64,000 bases of DNA. Source: a virus. This document shows positions 1 to 10,186 of this stretch, piece after piece. The stretch covers positions 1-64,000 of IMG/VR virus record IMGVR_UViG_3300034198_012226; one strand, 5' to 3'. The translations under genes and the position numbers were made by a program. Each line of letters starts with the position of its first letter. Positions within the stretch are counted from its first letter, which is position 1. The notes under the pieces are model-generated. The model had not been told where the DNA came from. It ran no database searches and worked only from the letters and a program-made list of their open reading frames with translations.

Positions 1-2
1 AC

Positions 3-1085
3 TTCTGCAAGTGCAAGCACTGCAACAACTGGTTCGAGCCGGACTACTTCGAGCACGTCAAGATTCCGGACTTCAAGGGCGACATCGCCCGCGACATCCT
101 GAAGTCCACCTTCGCCAACCCGTCCTTCCGCTGGCAGGACGCCTATGTCGCCTGCCCGAAGTGCGCCAAGCCCGCCGACCTGTCCGAGCAGTACCGCGAC
201 TGGGTGTGCGAGAACCCGAACGACAAGTACGTCGCTGCCGGGTTCAAGGTCTCGCCCTTCTCGTGCCCGAACATCATCCTGCCGTCGCACCTGGTGCGCG
301 ACTCGGTCAAGTACGAACGGCTGCAAGACTTCTACAACCAGCGCCTGGGCATGGCCCTGGAGGACAAGGAAGCCTCGCTCACCCAGGACGAGCTGCTCAA
401 GCTGCTGATCACGGACGACGTGAGCCTGACCTACCCGATGGTCATGGGCCTGGACATGGGCAACCTGTGCTACTGCACCATCGCCGCCGTGCTGCCGGAC
501 GACCGCCTGATCGTCGTCCACCGCGAGGCGATCCCGCTGTTCAAGGTGTACGAGCGCCGGAAGGAACTTGCCAAGGCGTGGCGTGTCCGGTCGTGCGTCG
601 TTGACCATGGCCCCTACACCGAGACTGTGTACCGGATGCAACAGTCGGACTCCCGCGTGTTCGCGGGCATCTACAACCGCAACCGGAAAGCGGCCGAGAT
701 TTACAAGGTGCGCGACCAGGAGGAAGACAAGGAGGAGGGCAAGCAGTCCTTGCGCGTGGTCAACATCTCGCGGGATCGCGGCTTCGACCAGATCATGGGC
801 CAGATTCGTGCCGGGAAAATCCTGGTCAAGGCCAAGATGGGCGTGGTGCAGGAGCAGCTCCACGAGGACGACGCTCTCTGGATTCGCCACATGCAGGATC
901 AGAAGCGGGTGCGCGAGTACGACGGCGACGAGCTGGTCTTCGTCTGGCGCAAGGTCACCGGCGAGGATCACTCCCACCACAGCCTGCTGTATGCGACCGT
1001 GGCAGCGAAGCTGATGGGCGTGGTCAACAGCGCACCACCTCTCCGGAGCCTGGTGATGAAGTTTAAGCTGAAGAAGAAACCGTGA
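3..1085 (+). CDS. Terminase large subunit, lambda gpA-type (5'-truncated by window edge)
   Basis: Frame of ORF 204..1085 is open from position 3 (FCKCKHCNNWF...ACPKC Zn-finger pairs); RNase H-like nuclease motifs MGLDMG, VVDHGP and terminal EDHSHHS; directly upstream of the portal. Confidence 0.85.
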   Translation, partial: FCKCKHCNNWFEPDYFEHVKIPDFKGDIARDILKSTFANPSFRWQDAYVACPKCAKPADLSEQYRDWVCENPNDKYVAAGFKVSPFSCPNIILPSHLVRDSVKYERLQDFYNQRLGMALEDKEASLTQDELLKLLITDDVSLTYPMVMGLDMGNLCYCTIAAVLPDDRLIVVHREAIPLFKVYERRKELAKAWRVRSCVVDHGPYTETVYRMQQSDSRVFAGIYNRNRKAAEIYKVRDQEEDKEEGKQSLRVVNISRDRGFDQIMGQIRAGKILVKAKMGVVQEQLHEDDALWIRHMQDQKRVREYDGDELVFVWRKVTGEDHSHHSLLYATVAAKLMGVVNSAPPLRSLVMKFKLKKKP

Positions 1086-1139
1086 TTCTAGGCAACATCC
1101 GTGGTAGACTGCGGCGAAATTCCCGCAGGAAACTACCAC

Positions 1140-2696
1140 ATGTTCAAACTACCGTTCAAGCTCCCGCGCCTCGGCTTCGGTAGCGGCAAGTCCCAGTACG
1201 CCGAGATCGGCGTACCGAGCATGGCCGCTGCTACCGACCTGCCGTCGCCAGCGGAGCCGAAGATCAAGGGGAAGGCGCAAGCCTACCCGTCCTACGCCAC
1301 ATCAGCCAAGATGTCCCAGTCTCCGATCCCGATCCCGGATCGGCGATTGGCCACGACCGACACCAACACGATCCGCGCCGGGGCCTCGACCTCGAAGGTG
1401 ATCCGCGACTTCGTCGCCGCCTCGCCGGAGTTCTCTGCCGCCGTCTTCACCTACCTGCGGGTGGCGATCACCGGCAACTACAAGGCCATCGCCTACAACC
1501 TGGACGGCACGCCGAACCCGGAAGCCACCAAGTCCCTCCAGCAGGTTATCGCCCGCCTGGACGTGCTGCCCGACTACACCGAGGGCTTCAACGGCGTCGC
1601 CTCGCTCCAGTCCTGCTCCGAATCCCTGGCCAAGGAAATCCTCCAGGAGGGCGCGATGTGCGGCGAGCTGGTGCTGGACAAGACCCGCCTGCCGTCGCGC
1701 ATCCAGCCGATCTCGACCGGGGGCCTGAAGCAGCAGCCGGACAAGAACGGCTACCTGGTGCCCGTGCAAACCGTGGGCGGCAAAGACATCGTCCTGGACA
1801 GCCCTGCCGTCTTCTACGTGTCGCTCGACCAGGACTTGACCCAGGCATACCCGTCGTCGCCGATGGAGCCAGCGATCAAGGCCGTGCTGTTCGCCGAGGC
1901 GTTCATCAACGACCTCCAGCGCGTCATCAAGCGGGCGATCCACCCGCGCCTGGTCGTGACCATCGACTACGAGAAGTTCTTCAAGTCGATCCCCGAGGAC
2001 ATCCAGCAGCAGGAGAACGGCGTCACCGAGTACCAGGACGCGACCCTTGCCTCCGTCCAGCAGATGATCAACGACCTGGGGCCGGACGACGCCCTGGTGC
2101 AGTACGACTTCATCAAGGTGGACTACCTGAACAACGGCAACTCGTCGTTGGCCAACGAGTACACCACCATCAAGGACATCGTGGACTCGAAGCTGGCGTC
2201 GGGCACGAAGACCATGCCAGCCGTCCTGGGCATGGACTCGACCTCGAACGTGGCCTCGACCCAGTCGATGCTGTTCGTGAAGGCCGCAGCCGGAGCTGTC
2301 CAGTTCAAGCTGAACGAGTTCTACAGCCGCCTGCTGACGCTGGCCGTGCGCCTCCTGGGCCACGACGTGTACGTCAAGTTCCGCTACGACACCATCGACC
2401 TCCGTCCAGAGAACGAGGTCGAGGCATTCAAGTCGGCCAAGCAGTCCCGCTGGCTTGAGCTGCTGTCCCTGGGCATGGTCGGCGACGACGAGTGCGTCAT
2501 CGAGCTGACCGGGCACTTGCCACCCGATGGCTACAAACCGCTGTCCGGGACGATGTTCAAGTCCAAGGCAGCAAACACCGACCCCGGCAATGACGGCTCG
2601 TCCAACGGCGGTTCGGCGCTCAACAAGAACACCGACCCCGGCAGCGCAGGCGTCAAAGGCGGCAACACCAAAAAAGACCCTCAGAAGGAGAAGTAA
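1140..2696 (+). CDS. Portal protein
   Basis: About 518 aa from ATG 1140 (AGGA SD at 1127-1130); lies between terminase and protease; low-complexity C-terminal tail typical of portals. Confidence 0.75.
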   Translation: MFKLPFKLPRLGFGSGKSQYAEIGVPSMAAATDLPSPAEPKIKGKAQAYPSYATSAKMSQSPIPIPDRRLATTDTNTIRAGASTSKVIRDFVAASPEFSAAVFTYLRVAITGNYKAIAYNLDGTPNPEATKSLQQVIARLDVLPDYTEGFNGVASLQSCSESLAKEILQEGAMCGELVLDKTRLPSRIQPISTGGLKQQPDKNGYLVPVQTVGGKDIVLDSPAVFYVSLDQDLTQAYPSSPMEPAIKAVLFAEAFINDLQRVIKRAIHPRLVVTIDYEKFFKSIPEDIQQQENGVTEYQDATLASVQQMINDLGPDDALVQYDFIKVDYLNNGNSSLANEYTTIKDIVDSKLASGTKTMPAVLGMDSTSNVASTQSMLFVKAAAGAVQFKLNEFYSRLLTLAVRLLGHDVYVKFRYDTIDLRPENEVEAFKSAKQSRWLELLSLGMVGDDECVIELTGHLPPDGYKPLSGTMFKSKAANTDPGNDGSSNGGSALNKNTDPGSAGVKGGNTKKDPQKEK

Positions 2697-2698
2697 AG

Positions 2699-3562
2699 AT
2701 GGACAAGAACGCAATGCTGGCAATGGCACTTCCGGACGGCCTGTGGGCTGGTACGGAATCGACCCTACACTCACTGGTGGCCCGCCTGATGGCGATCCAC
2801 GAGCGCCCGATTCCTGAAGCGGCCATGGGCTACAGCTCGGTCACCGCGCAGAAGGAGGAGCCGCCCCCGTACCTGCTCTCGATGCAGGGCAGCATCGCCG
2901 TCATCGACATCAAGGGCGCGATGACCAACGCCACGAGCTGGTGGGACCGCTACGACAAGGTCTCGACCTACCCGGCGATCCGCGAGGCCCTGGTGTACGC
3001 CGCCCAGTCGCCGAGCGTGAAAGGCATCCTGCTTGACATCGAGTCGGGCGGCGGCGCTGTGGCAGGTATGTTCGATACCGCCAACATGATCCGTCACATC
3101 AACGACAACGTGAAGCCTGTCGTGGCCTTCGGCGAGACCATGTTCTCGGCGGCGTACTGCCTGGGCTGCGCGGCTGGCCAGGTGTTCTCCTCGAAGTCGT
3201 CGGGCGTCGGCTCCATCGGCATCATCGCCACCCACATGGACTACTCGAAGATGTATGCCGACATGGGCATCAACGTCACGGTCATGCGCTCGGGCAAATA
3301 CAAGGCCCTGGTCAACCGCTTCGAGCCGCTGACCGACGCTTCCCGCGAGCAGTTCCAGGACGGCATGGACGCGAACTACGACGTGTTCATCGAGCACGTC
3401 GCGTCGATGCGCGACACGACCAAGCAGACCGCCGACAACAAGATGGCCCAGGGCCGTGAGTTCTACGGCCAGGCAGCTCAGGAAGCAGGACTTGTCGATG
3501 CGATCACCTCGTTCGATCAAGTGCTTGCCGCTCTGCAAGAAAGTGTTGACAAGCAACACTAA
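2699..3562 (+). CDS. Prohead protease, S49 (SppA/ClpP-like) family
   Basis: Motifs ILLDIESGGG, MFSAAYCLG, GVGSIG, SGKYK, AQEAGLVD characteristic of peptidase S49; head module position. Confidence 0.9.
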   Translation: MDKNAMLAMALPDGLWAGTESTLHSLVARLMAIHERPIPEAAMGYSSVTAQKEEPPPYLLSMQGSIAVIDIKGAMTNATSWWDRYDKVSTYPAIREALVYAAQSPSVKGILLDIESGGGAVAGMFDTANMIRHINDNVKPVVAFGETMFSAAYCLGCAAGQVFSSKSSGVGSIGIIATHMDYSKMYADMGINVTVMRSGKYKALVNRFEPLTDASREQFQDGMDANYDVFIEHVASMRDTTKQTADNKMAQGREFYGQAAQEAGLVDAITSFDQVLAALQESVDKQH

Positions 3563-3575
3563 GGTCATCCACAAT
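3546..3575 (+). promoter_or_regulatory. Putative sigma70-type promoter for the scaffold/capsid operon
   Basis: TTGACA-18 nt-CACAAT ahead of ATG 3605. Confidence 0.45.
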
Positions 3576-3604
3576 TCAACAAAATTTAACTGAGGAAATA
3601 TCCC

Positions 3605-4273
3605 ATGGTACGCAAAGTCTTGAATGTGGCGGCTCTCGCAGCTCTCGCATCCGGCGCTTCCCTCCAAGCGAGCGCCAATTCGGCTCCGGCAGCAACCGCA
3701 CCAGTCGCTGCGTCGGGTGCTTCCCCTGAAGCTGCGGCTGCTGCCGCTGCTGCACAGGCCGCTGCTCCGGCAGCGACCACCGAAGGTACGGGCGGCGCTG
3801 CGCCTGCCGCTGAAGCTGCTGCCGCCCCGGCTGCTGCTCCAGCCGCTGCGGCTGCACCCAGTGTAGCCGCTGCTCCAGCAGCCGCCCCTACCGACGTTAC
3901 GGCCTATCTGCAAGGCCAGATCGCCACCAAGGACGCCGCCCTGCTCGCCGCAGGCGTCGAGACCGCTGCCCTCAAGGCTCGCGTGACCGAGTTCGAGGCG
4001 TCGATGAACGGCCTGATGGAAATCGCCCGTGCTTCCCTGACCAACATGCGCGTCGCCCTCGGCGGTCACAAGACCGACCTGTCGGCGCTGTCCGCAACCG
4101 AACTCCTGGCACAGCACGAAGCTGCGTCCAAGGACTTCGGCAACCAATTCGTTGCTGGTGGTGTTGCTGCTGTTGACGCCGCACAAGAAACGAATGCCAG
4201 CCGTGCGCAGGCTCCGGACTCCCTGGAGATTGCCCGTCTGAACGCTGTCGCTGGCACCCGCAAGCGCAGCTAA
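3605..4273 (+). CDS. Putative capsid scaffolding protein (Ala/Pro-rich N-half, coiled-coil C-half)
   Basis: Position between protease and capsid genes; GAGGA SD; low-complexity then helical sequence. Confidence 0.6.
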   Translation: MVRKVLNVAALAALASGASLQASANSAPAATAPVAASGASPEAAAAAAAAQAAAPAATTEGTGGAAPAAEAAAAPAAAPAAAAAPSVAAAPAAAPTDVTAYLQGQIATKDAALLAAGVETAALKARVTEFEASMNGLMEIARASLTNMRVALGGHKTDLSALSATELLAQHEAASKDFGNQFVAGGVAAVDAAQETNASRAQAPDSLEIARLNAVAGTRKRS

Positions 4274-4310
4274 ACACCACCACTTCATCCACTTTTATTA
4301 GGAAAGCAAC

Positions 4311-4808
4311 ATGGCAAAGTTCCAAATGAAGCCACTGATCGGCGCGAAAGGCACCACGGTTCGCCTCGGTGCTGGCATCAATCCTGGCGACCGTTTCAAC
4401 GATAAGGAAGCAGGCAAGCTGGTCAAGTTCGTCGGCGACAGCCGTTACGATCTGGCCGCTGCTGGCGACGCAATCGAAGCCCGCGTGATCGCTGTCGATA
4501 CCGCGACCACCGACGGCTATTCGACCGGCTCCATCGACCAGTACGTCGGCGGCGACAACCGCTTCATGACCGTCGTGCTCGACGGCCTGCAAGCCACCCC
4601 TGGCACCGGCACTGTCGCCGTGGGCGACATGGTCGTCGTCGGCTCCGTGGTCGCCAAGGGCACCGCACTGCCTGACCCAGGCCCGAAAGTCTGCAAGGCA
4701 ACCGACCAGGCTGCGGCCAAAGCCGGTAAAGCCGCATGGCGCGTCGTGGCAATCACCAAGGGCAACGGCGCTGTTGGCTCCTTCGCCACCATCGAACGCC
4801 TGTTCTAA
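4311..4808 (+). CDS. Putative head decoration/cement protein
   Basis: 165-aa Gly/Val/Ala beta-rich protein immediately upstream of the major capsid gene (lambda D position). Confidence 0.55.
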   Translation: MAKFQMKPLIGAKGTTVRLGAGINPGDRFNDKEAGKLVKFVGDSRYDLAAAGDAIEARVIAVDTATTDGYSTGSIDQYVGGDNRFMTVVLDGLQATPGTGTVAVGDMVVVGSVVAKGTALPDPGPKVCKATDQAAAKAGKAAWRVVAITKGNGAVGSFATIERLF

Positions 4809-4832
4809 TACATCACCAGGAGCAATAGAAAA

Positions 4833-6014
4833 ATGGCATCATATCGTGACGCAAGCGGCGCAGTCCACAAGCTCGACATCGCCGTGTCCATGTACCAGCA
4901 GGCGGCTGAACAGGGTCAATCCCTGGAGCAGTTCCTGAACTCGACCTACCCGACCGGCGCAGAGCAGCCTTCGGCGTACACCCAAATCCTTGCCTCGGAA
5001 GGCATCTTCATCGGCGGCAACCGCGAATTCGGCATCCGTTCGGCTTCGGTCAACGAAGTGCTGAACGGCCGTCCGAAAATGGAAGGCGGCGTCATCGTCA
5101 AGGAAGCCGTCCCGGCCTCGCGTATCCTGTTCCCGGCTGCGCTGATGTCCACCATCGAAGACAAGCTGGCGACCGACCTGGAAACCACGCCGAACGCCTT
5201 CGAGCAACTGATCGCGGTCGATGACTCGATCAACCACGACCGCTTCGAGCGCGCCGTGCTGAACTTCAGCCGTCCGGAAGGCGTTCGTTCGCAGACCACC
5301 AGCCAACTGGCCCTGCCGAACACCATGCTGACCATCACGGCCAGCGACCAGAGCCGTCGTATCCCGACCATCGGCCTGGGCCTGGAAATCTCGGAACAAG
5401 CCATGAAGGCAACTTCGATGGACTTGGTCGGCCTGGCACTTGCCCGTCAAGCCGCCACCGAGCGCAACGAGCGTGCCGACCAGTACATCATGTCGCTGCT
5501 CGAAGGCGACACCGACATGGACATGGTTGCCCTGGCCACCATCACCGGCAAGGTCAAGAAGGCCAACTCGTTCGATGCGTCGATCACCCAAGCTGGCGTG
5601 CTGTCGCACAAAGCCTGGATCAAGTGGCTGGCGCTGAACTCGAACAAGCGTCGCATCACCCACGTCATCACCGACCTGGATACCGCGATGGCCATCGAGA
5701 ACCGCACCGGGAAGCCGATCAACACGAACGACAACCCGAACTCGCCGCGTATCGACGCGATCCCGACGATCATGAACCCGTCGTGGGACTTCAACACCAA
5801 AATCTTCATCACGCAGAACCCGGCCTGGCCTGCTGGCACGATCCTGGGCCTGGATCAGCGTTATGGCATCCACCGCGTCAAGTCGCTGACCGCGCAGTAC
5901 GAAGCCATCGAAGCCCTGGTGATGCGCCGCGCCACCCAGATGCGCTTCGACAACGGCGAGATCGTCTACCGCCTGTTTGACGAATCGTTCGAGGTGCTGA
6001 CGCTGACGCTGTAA
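4833..6014 (+). CDS. Major capsid protein
   Basis: 393 aa, AGGAG SD, strongly biased codon usage, followed by an intrinsic terminator; canonical position. Confidence 0.8.
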   Translation: MASYRDASGAVHKLDIAVSMYQQAAEQGQSLEQFLNSTYPTGAEQPSAYTQILASEGIFIGGNREFGIRSASVNEVLNGRPKMEGGVIVKEAVPASRILFPAALMSTIEDKLATDLETTPNAFEQLIAVDDSINHDRFERAVLNFSRPEGVRSQTTSQLALPNTMLTITASDQSRRIPTIGLGLEISEQAMKATSMDLVGLALARQAATERNERADQYIMSLLEGDTDMDMVALATITGKVKKANSFDASITQAGVLSHKAWIKWLALNSNKRRITHVITDLDTAMAIENRTGKPINTNDNPNSPRIDAIPTIMNPSWDFNTKIFITQNPAWPAGTILGLDQRYGIHRVKSLTAQYEAIEALVMRRATQMRFDNGEIVYRLFDESFEVLTLTL

Positions 6015-6033
6015 TGCGACAGCCGGCCTGAAG

Positions 6034-6058
6034 AAGGCTCCCTCCGGGGAGCCTTTTT
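6034..6058 (+). terminator. Rho-independent terminator after the major capsid gene
   Basis: AGGCTCCC-TCCG-GGGAGCCT followed by T-run. Confidence 0.85.
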
Positions 6059-6139
6059 CTCGACCAGCACTTGACTCCCGGAAACACTTGCAGCATCCTA
6101 CGACTTTACACAGAACAACCTTTCCACCAGGAACCCATC

Positions 6140-6529
6140 ATGACCAAGACCGCCAAACCAGAAGCCCCGACCGTCGATCTCGCCGCTCAACTCGAAGCCG
6201 ACGCCCAGGCGCAAGCCCAGGCCCAGGCCGAAGCCGAGCAGCTCGAACGCGAGCGCAAGGCTGTTGAAGCCATGGCCAAGGGCGACACCGCCGCCGTGGC
6301 TGTCGCTGCCGTCGAGACCGAAGAAGAACGCATCGCCCGCGTCACCGCCGAGCAGGTTGCTGCCCGCAAGGCCGTGGGCGTGCGCTACTACCTGGCCACC
6401 GGCGACCACCCAATCACCGACCCGGAAACCCTGAAGACCTTCAGCAACGAGCGCCCGACCAAGGCCGAGATGACCGGCTGGATCGAGTTCCAGCTCGCCA
6501 ACGGCAAACTGGCGGTGGACGGGGAGTAA
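6140..6529 (+). CDS. Hypothetical protein (head module)
   Basis: ATG 6140 with AGGA SD; phage-like codon usage. Confidence 0.6.
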   Translation: MTKTAKPEAPTVDLAAQLEADAQAQAQAQAEAEQLERERKAVEAMAKGDTAAVAVAAVETEEERIARVTAEQVAARKAVGVRYYLATGDHPITDPETLKTFSNERPTKAEMTGWIEFQLANGKLAVDGE

Positions 6530-6532
6530 CCC

Positions 6533-7024
6533 ATGTACCTGCTCGGATTCACCACCCCTGACGACATCCGAGCAGTCCTCGGCGTCAACGACGTGGAGCT
6601 GAAGGACGACACCTTGCTCCTGTCGTTGTACGCCGATCACCTGGCTACGGAGCTGGACGACATCAGCTTGACCCTGGCCTCCAGGTACAAGCAGATCGCC
6701 GAGAAGGCCGAGGAGACGCGCACCGAGGACGAGAAGCGCCTCCTGCGCAGCACCGGCCTGTTCGCCACCTACACCGTCGCCAAGCAGCTCGCGGGCAGCT
6801 TGTCGATGTTCGCTCCGAAGTCGGTCTCGGACAGCAAGGCTGAAGTCTCCCGATTCGCCGATCCCTACAAGGACACGAAGAAGGACATCAAGACCCAGTG
6901 GGAGCTGTACAAGGGCCGCGTCACCGCCGCCCTGAGCGCCCTGGAGACCCTCAACACCCGGTCGGCCCCGCGCACCATCATGCTCGTCTCCACGCCGTCC
7001 GTTGACGCCACGGTGGCCTCATGA
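6533..7024 (+). CDS. Putative head-tail adaptor protein
   Basis: N-terminal TTPDDIRAVLG pattern of gp6/gp15-type adaptors; position. Confidence 0.55.
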   Translation: MYLLGFTTPDDIRAVLGVNDVELKDDTLLLSLYADHLATELDDISLTLASRYKQIAEKAEETRTEDEKRLLRSTGLFATYTVAKQLAGSLSMFAPKSVSDSKAEVSRFADPYKDTKKDIKTQWELYKGRVTAALSALETLNTRSAPRTIMLVSTPSVDATVAS

Positions 7025-7899
7025 TGAAGCTCTCGGACGTGGGCCGCGTCTTCGACACCATGACCATCCTGGACGCCTCCGGCAAGACCAGGCCGGTCAA
7101 GGGTCGCATCCTGCCCTACGACGACAACTCGCGGGACAGCCTGTCTGCCGACCGGCGCATCCTCTCGATGGTGCCTGGCACCGCGATTCCGGCCCGCCGC
7201 GTGATCCACGCTGCCGGGGAATACTGGATCGTGGGTCAGGTCACCGCCGACTTCCATGGCGACGAGCCGCTCCGGCAGAAGTACGTGCTGCACCGTGTCG
7301 ATGGTGTGGCGCGGGTGGCCACGTTCGAGCAGGCGATCTCCGGCGTCGGCGGCGTGACAGCGCACGTCGGCCGTCTCTGGATGAAGGACATGAAGGAGCC
7401 GGAGGAGTCCTCCTCGCTCTACGAGTCGTTGCACTTCTACCTCTCGACCACCGAGGACATCCGTGACCAGTCGAAACTGACCGGCCCGTTCCTGGACGGC
7501 GAGGAGACCCACGTACTCATCCACTTCAAATCGAAGTGGCACCTGGTGCGCAACACGTTCGAGTCCGCTGGTGGCTTCCAGGTTGCTGTGGTGGACGAGC
7601 TGCCTGATCCGGTGGCCATCGCCGCCACGATCAATTCGACCGTCTACGACAAGCTGGCCGACAAGAAGGTCGCCACCGGCAAGACCGTACAGGCCCTGAG
7701 CCTGCGCTGGCAGTCCCAGTACACCTACCTGTCGTCCTACTCCACGAAATACGAGGAGGGCGACCGCGTGCTGATGGTGCTGAAATCGGACACTACACCG
7801 ACTGTAGCCGACACCGTCACGCTGCGGGGCCGCACGTTCAAGGTCGTCACGGTACTTGACCAGGCCAACGTCTGGGCCTTGCACCTCCGGCATGTTTAA
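7021..7899 (+). CDS. Putative head-closure / neck protein
   Basis: ATGA-coupled to the upstream gene; C-terminal TVTLRGRTFKVVTV beta-barrel-like stopper pattern. Confidence 0.5.
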   Translation: MMKLSDVGRVFDTMTILDASGKTRPVKGRILPYDDNSRDSLSADRRILSMVPGTAIPARRVIHAAGEYWIVGQVTADFHGDEPLRQKYVLHRVDGVARVATFEQAISGVGGVTAHVGRLWMKDMKEPEESSSLYESLHFYLSTTEDIRDQSKLTGPFLDGEETHVLIHFKSKWHLVRNTFESAGGFQVAVVDELPDPVAIAATINSTVYDKLADKKVATGKTVQALSLRWQSQYTYLSSYSTKYEEGDRVLMVLKSDTTPTVADTVTLRGRTFKVVTVLDQANVWALHLRHV

Positions 7900-8398
7900 G
7901 GTCACGAACGCCGACCAGGTCTTCAGGGAATGGGACACCTGGCTTGCCCAGGTGGAGGCCGAAGTCATGCGGATCGCCATCGACATGATGTACGTGATGC
8001 TGCGTGAGGCCGCTCTCCGGACTCCGCAGTATTCAGGCGACATGGTGGCCAACTACAACTTGAGCATCAACACCCCTGACGGTTCGTTCTCACCGCACGT
8101 CTTCCCAGAGATGAGGTTCCCGACCGAGAACCCGTTCCAGAAGGAAGACCTCCCGGCAATCATGCACGCGGTCAGCCGCAACGCCGGGAGGCTGGAGAAG
8201 GCCAAGCTCGGTGACACCCTCTGGCTTGCCAACGGCGCAGTCCACGATGACGACGCTTATGCCTGGAAGATCGAGGACGGCTTGCTCAAGCTGCGACCGC
8301 AGAACGCCGGGGGGTACGGCCCGATTCGCAAGACCCGAGATTACATGCAGGCCCACTACCGGCAGATCGGCCGGAGCAACCGAGAGATGTTCAAATGA
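7892..8398 (+). CDS. Putative neck/tail completion protein (HK97 gp10-like)
   Basis: RTPQYSGDMVANY resembles the TPvdTG motif; AYAWKIEDG; position. Confidence 0.55.
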   Translation: MFKVTNADQVFREWDTWLAQVEAEVMRIAIDMMYVMLREAALRTPQYSGDMVANYNLSINTPDGSFSPHVFPEMRFPTENPFQKEDLPAIMHAVSRNAGRLEKAKLGDTLWLANGAVHDDDAYAWKIEDGLLKLRPQNAGGYGPIRKTRDYMQAHYRQIGRSNREMFK

Positions 8399-8838
8399 AC
8401 GTAGTAGACATTCGAGACGCCATCATCAAACACATGAGCCTTCTGGAAGCCAAATGGCAGGCAGAAGGGCGACCCCTGCACGTCGAGCTGGACAACCAGG
8501 ACGACATTGACCTGAACAACCTGCCTGATAACTTCGCGGTGCTCTCCATCGACTGGGGTGAGGTTACTCAAAAGAATGTTGCTTTCAATCCAGATGAGCG
8601 TTACCATGGCAACATTGTGGTCTTTCTCGTGGGAAAGGTCGGCACAGGCACACGCGACCGACTCGTGATCCAGAGCGAGATCATCGAGCACTTCAAATTT
8701 AAGGCGTTCGGCGGGGTTCAAACCCGGCAACCTCAACCAGGTAGAGCGCCCGGTAGATCAGAGAAACAGAGCGGCTGGCACACGATGACGGTCATGTTTC
8801 CTTTCTTCGCAGACTCCGATACAACACCCACTATCTAA
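8395..8838 (+). CDS. Putative tail terminator protein
   Basis: 147 aa directly before the tail tube gene; ATGA overlap. Confidence 0.55.
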   Translation: MNVVDIRDAIIKHMSLLEAKWQAEGRPLHVELDNQDDIDLNNLPDNFAVLSIDWGEVTQKNVAFNPDERYHGNIVVFLVGKVGTGTRDRLVIQSEIIEHFKFKAFGGVQTRQPQPGRAPGRSEKQSGWHTMTVMFPFFADSDTTPTI

Positions 8839-8847
8839 GGATGGAAC

Positions 8848-10050
8848 ATGCCAGAATTTGCATCATCGAACCTCGTTGAGCTGCGGCTCATCGAAGAAAC
8901 CGACTTCGGCGTCACGCCAGCCGGTAACCCAAACAAGCTGCGTATGACCGGCGAATCGCTGTCGTTCTCGATCTCCAAGTCCGAGTCGGCTGAGATCGTG
9001 TCCGACCGCCAGACCACCGACCTGATCGAGACCGGTGCTTCGGCTGCTGGCGGCGTCAACTTCGAGATGTCGTACAAGGAATTCGACACCCTGCTGCGCG
9101 CCGCGCTGATGTCCATCTGGGCACCATACGGTACCAATGGCGTCGGTACTTCGTTCCAGGCCACCACCACGGCCACCACCATCGTCGCAGGCACCGCGCC
9201 GACCGGAAGCTCGTCGTTCACGGGTGCTAACGGCCCCTCGCTTGGCCAGTGGTTCCAGTTCAATTGCGCGGGTCATGCGATGGACAAGAAGTTCTTCCGC
9301 GCCCACAGCTCGACCCCTGCCACGGCCACCACCATCACCCTGGACCCATCAACGCCGTGTGTCGTTGACGCCACCGCCAAGGCCGCTACGGTCTCGACCT
9401 CGCGCTTGACCAACGGCGTTATCAAAAAGTCGTTTACCATCGAGCGTGCTCACCTCGACGTAAACCAGTTCTTCCAGTTCAAGGGCATGGTCCCATCGAA
9501 GATCAACCTGTCGATGTCGTCCGGCGCCATCGTCACCGGCTCTATCGAATTCATGGGCAAGGAAGGCACTCGTTCGAGCGTCACGGCCCTGGGCGGTTCG
9601 CCGATTTCGTCGCAAACCTTCGACGTGATGAACGCCATCACGGGCGTCGGCCAGGTGCTGGAAGGTGGCTCGCCGATGACCGGCACCACGATCAAGAAGC
9701 TCGACCTGTCCATCGACAACACCCTGCGCGGCCAGGACGGCATCGGCATCCGTGGTAACGCCAACATCGGCCTGGGCACCCTGAAGGTCACCGGCTCGAT
9801 GGACGTGTACCTTGCCGATGGCACGCTGTACGACAAGTTCCTGAACAACGTCCGTACCAGCCTGAACTTCGTCCTGAGCGACAACGCCAAGAACGGCTAT
9901 GCCTTCAGCATCCCAGGCATGAAGTTCGGCGACGCCAAGGTCAACGCTGGCTCGAAGGACAGCGACTGCATGATCTCGATCCCGTTCACCGGCCTGAAAG
10001 ACATCGCAACCGGCAAGACGATCTTCATCGACAAGATGGGCGTGGCGTAA
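8848..10050 (+). CDS. Major tail tube protein
   Basis: N-terminal EETDFGVTP...LRMTGESL...SAEIVSDRQ pattern of siphophage tube proteins; highly biased codons; followed by a terminator. Confidence 0.8.
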   Translation: MPEFASSNLVELRLIEETDFGVTPAGNPNKLRMTGESLSFSISKSESAEIVSDRQTTDLIETGASAAGGVNFEMSYKEFDTLLRAALMSIWAPYGTNGVGTSFQATTTATTIVAGTAPTGSSSFTGANGPSLGQWFQFNCAGHAMDKKFFRAHSSTPATATTITLDPSTPCVVDATAKAATVSTSRLTNGVIKKSFTIERAHLDVNQFFQFKGMVPSKINLSMSSGAIVTGSIEFMGKEGTRSSVTALGGSPISSQTFDVMNAITGVGQVLEGGSPMTGTTIKKLDLSIDNTLRGQDGIGIRGNANIGLGTLKVTGSMDVYLADGTLYDKFLNNVRTSLNFVLSDNAKNGYAFSIPGMKFGDAKVNAGSKDSDCMISIPFTGLKDIATGKTIFIDKMGVA

Positions 10051-10066
10051 TCCCCACATCCTGACT

Positions 10067-10096
10067 AAAAAGGCCCTCCGGGGCCTTTTTATTTTT
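10067..10096 (+). terminator. Rho-independent terminator
   Basis: AAAAAGGCCC-TCCG-GGGCCTTTTT. Confidence 0.85.
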
Positions 10097-10186
10097 CTTG
10101 CTGGAATTGTTTTCCATGGGGTAAGATGCAGCCCTGCATCAGCAAGATGTATTACCTAATCGAATTCACCTACCCGGAGATACACC

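Noticed and set aside
3690-3890. GCT/GCC-rich low-complexity tract as a DNA repeat element
   Set aside because: It simply encodes the Ala/Pro-rich linker of the scaffold-like protein
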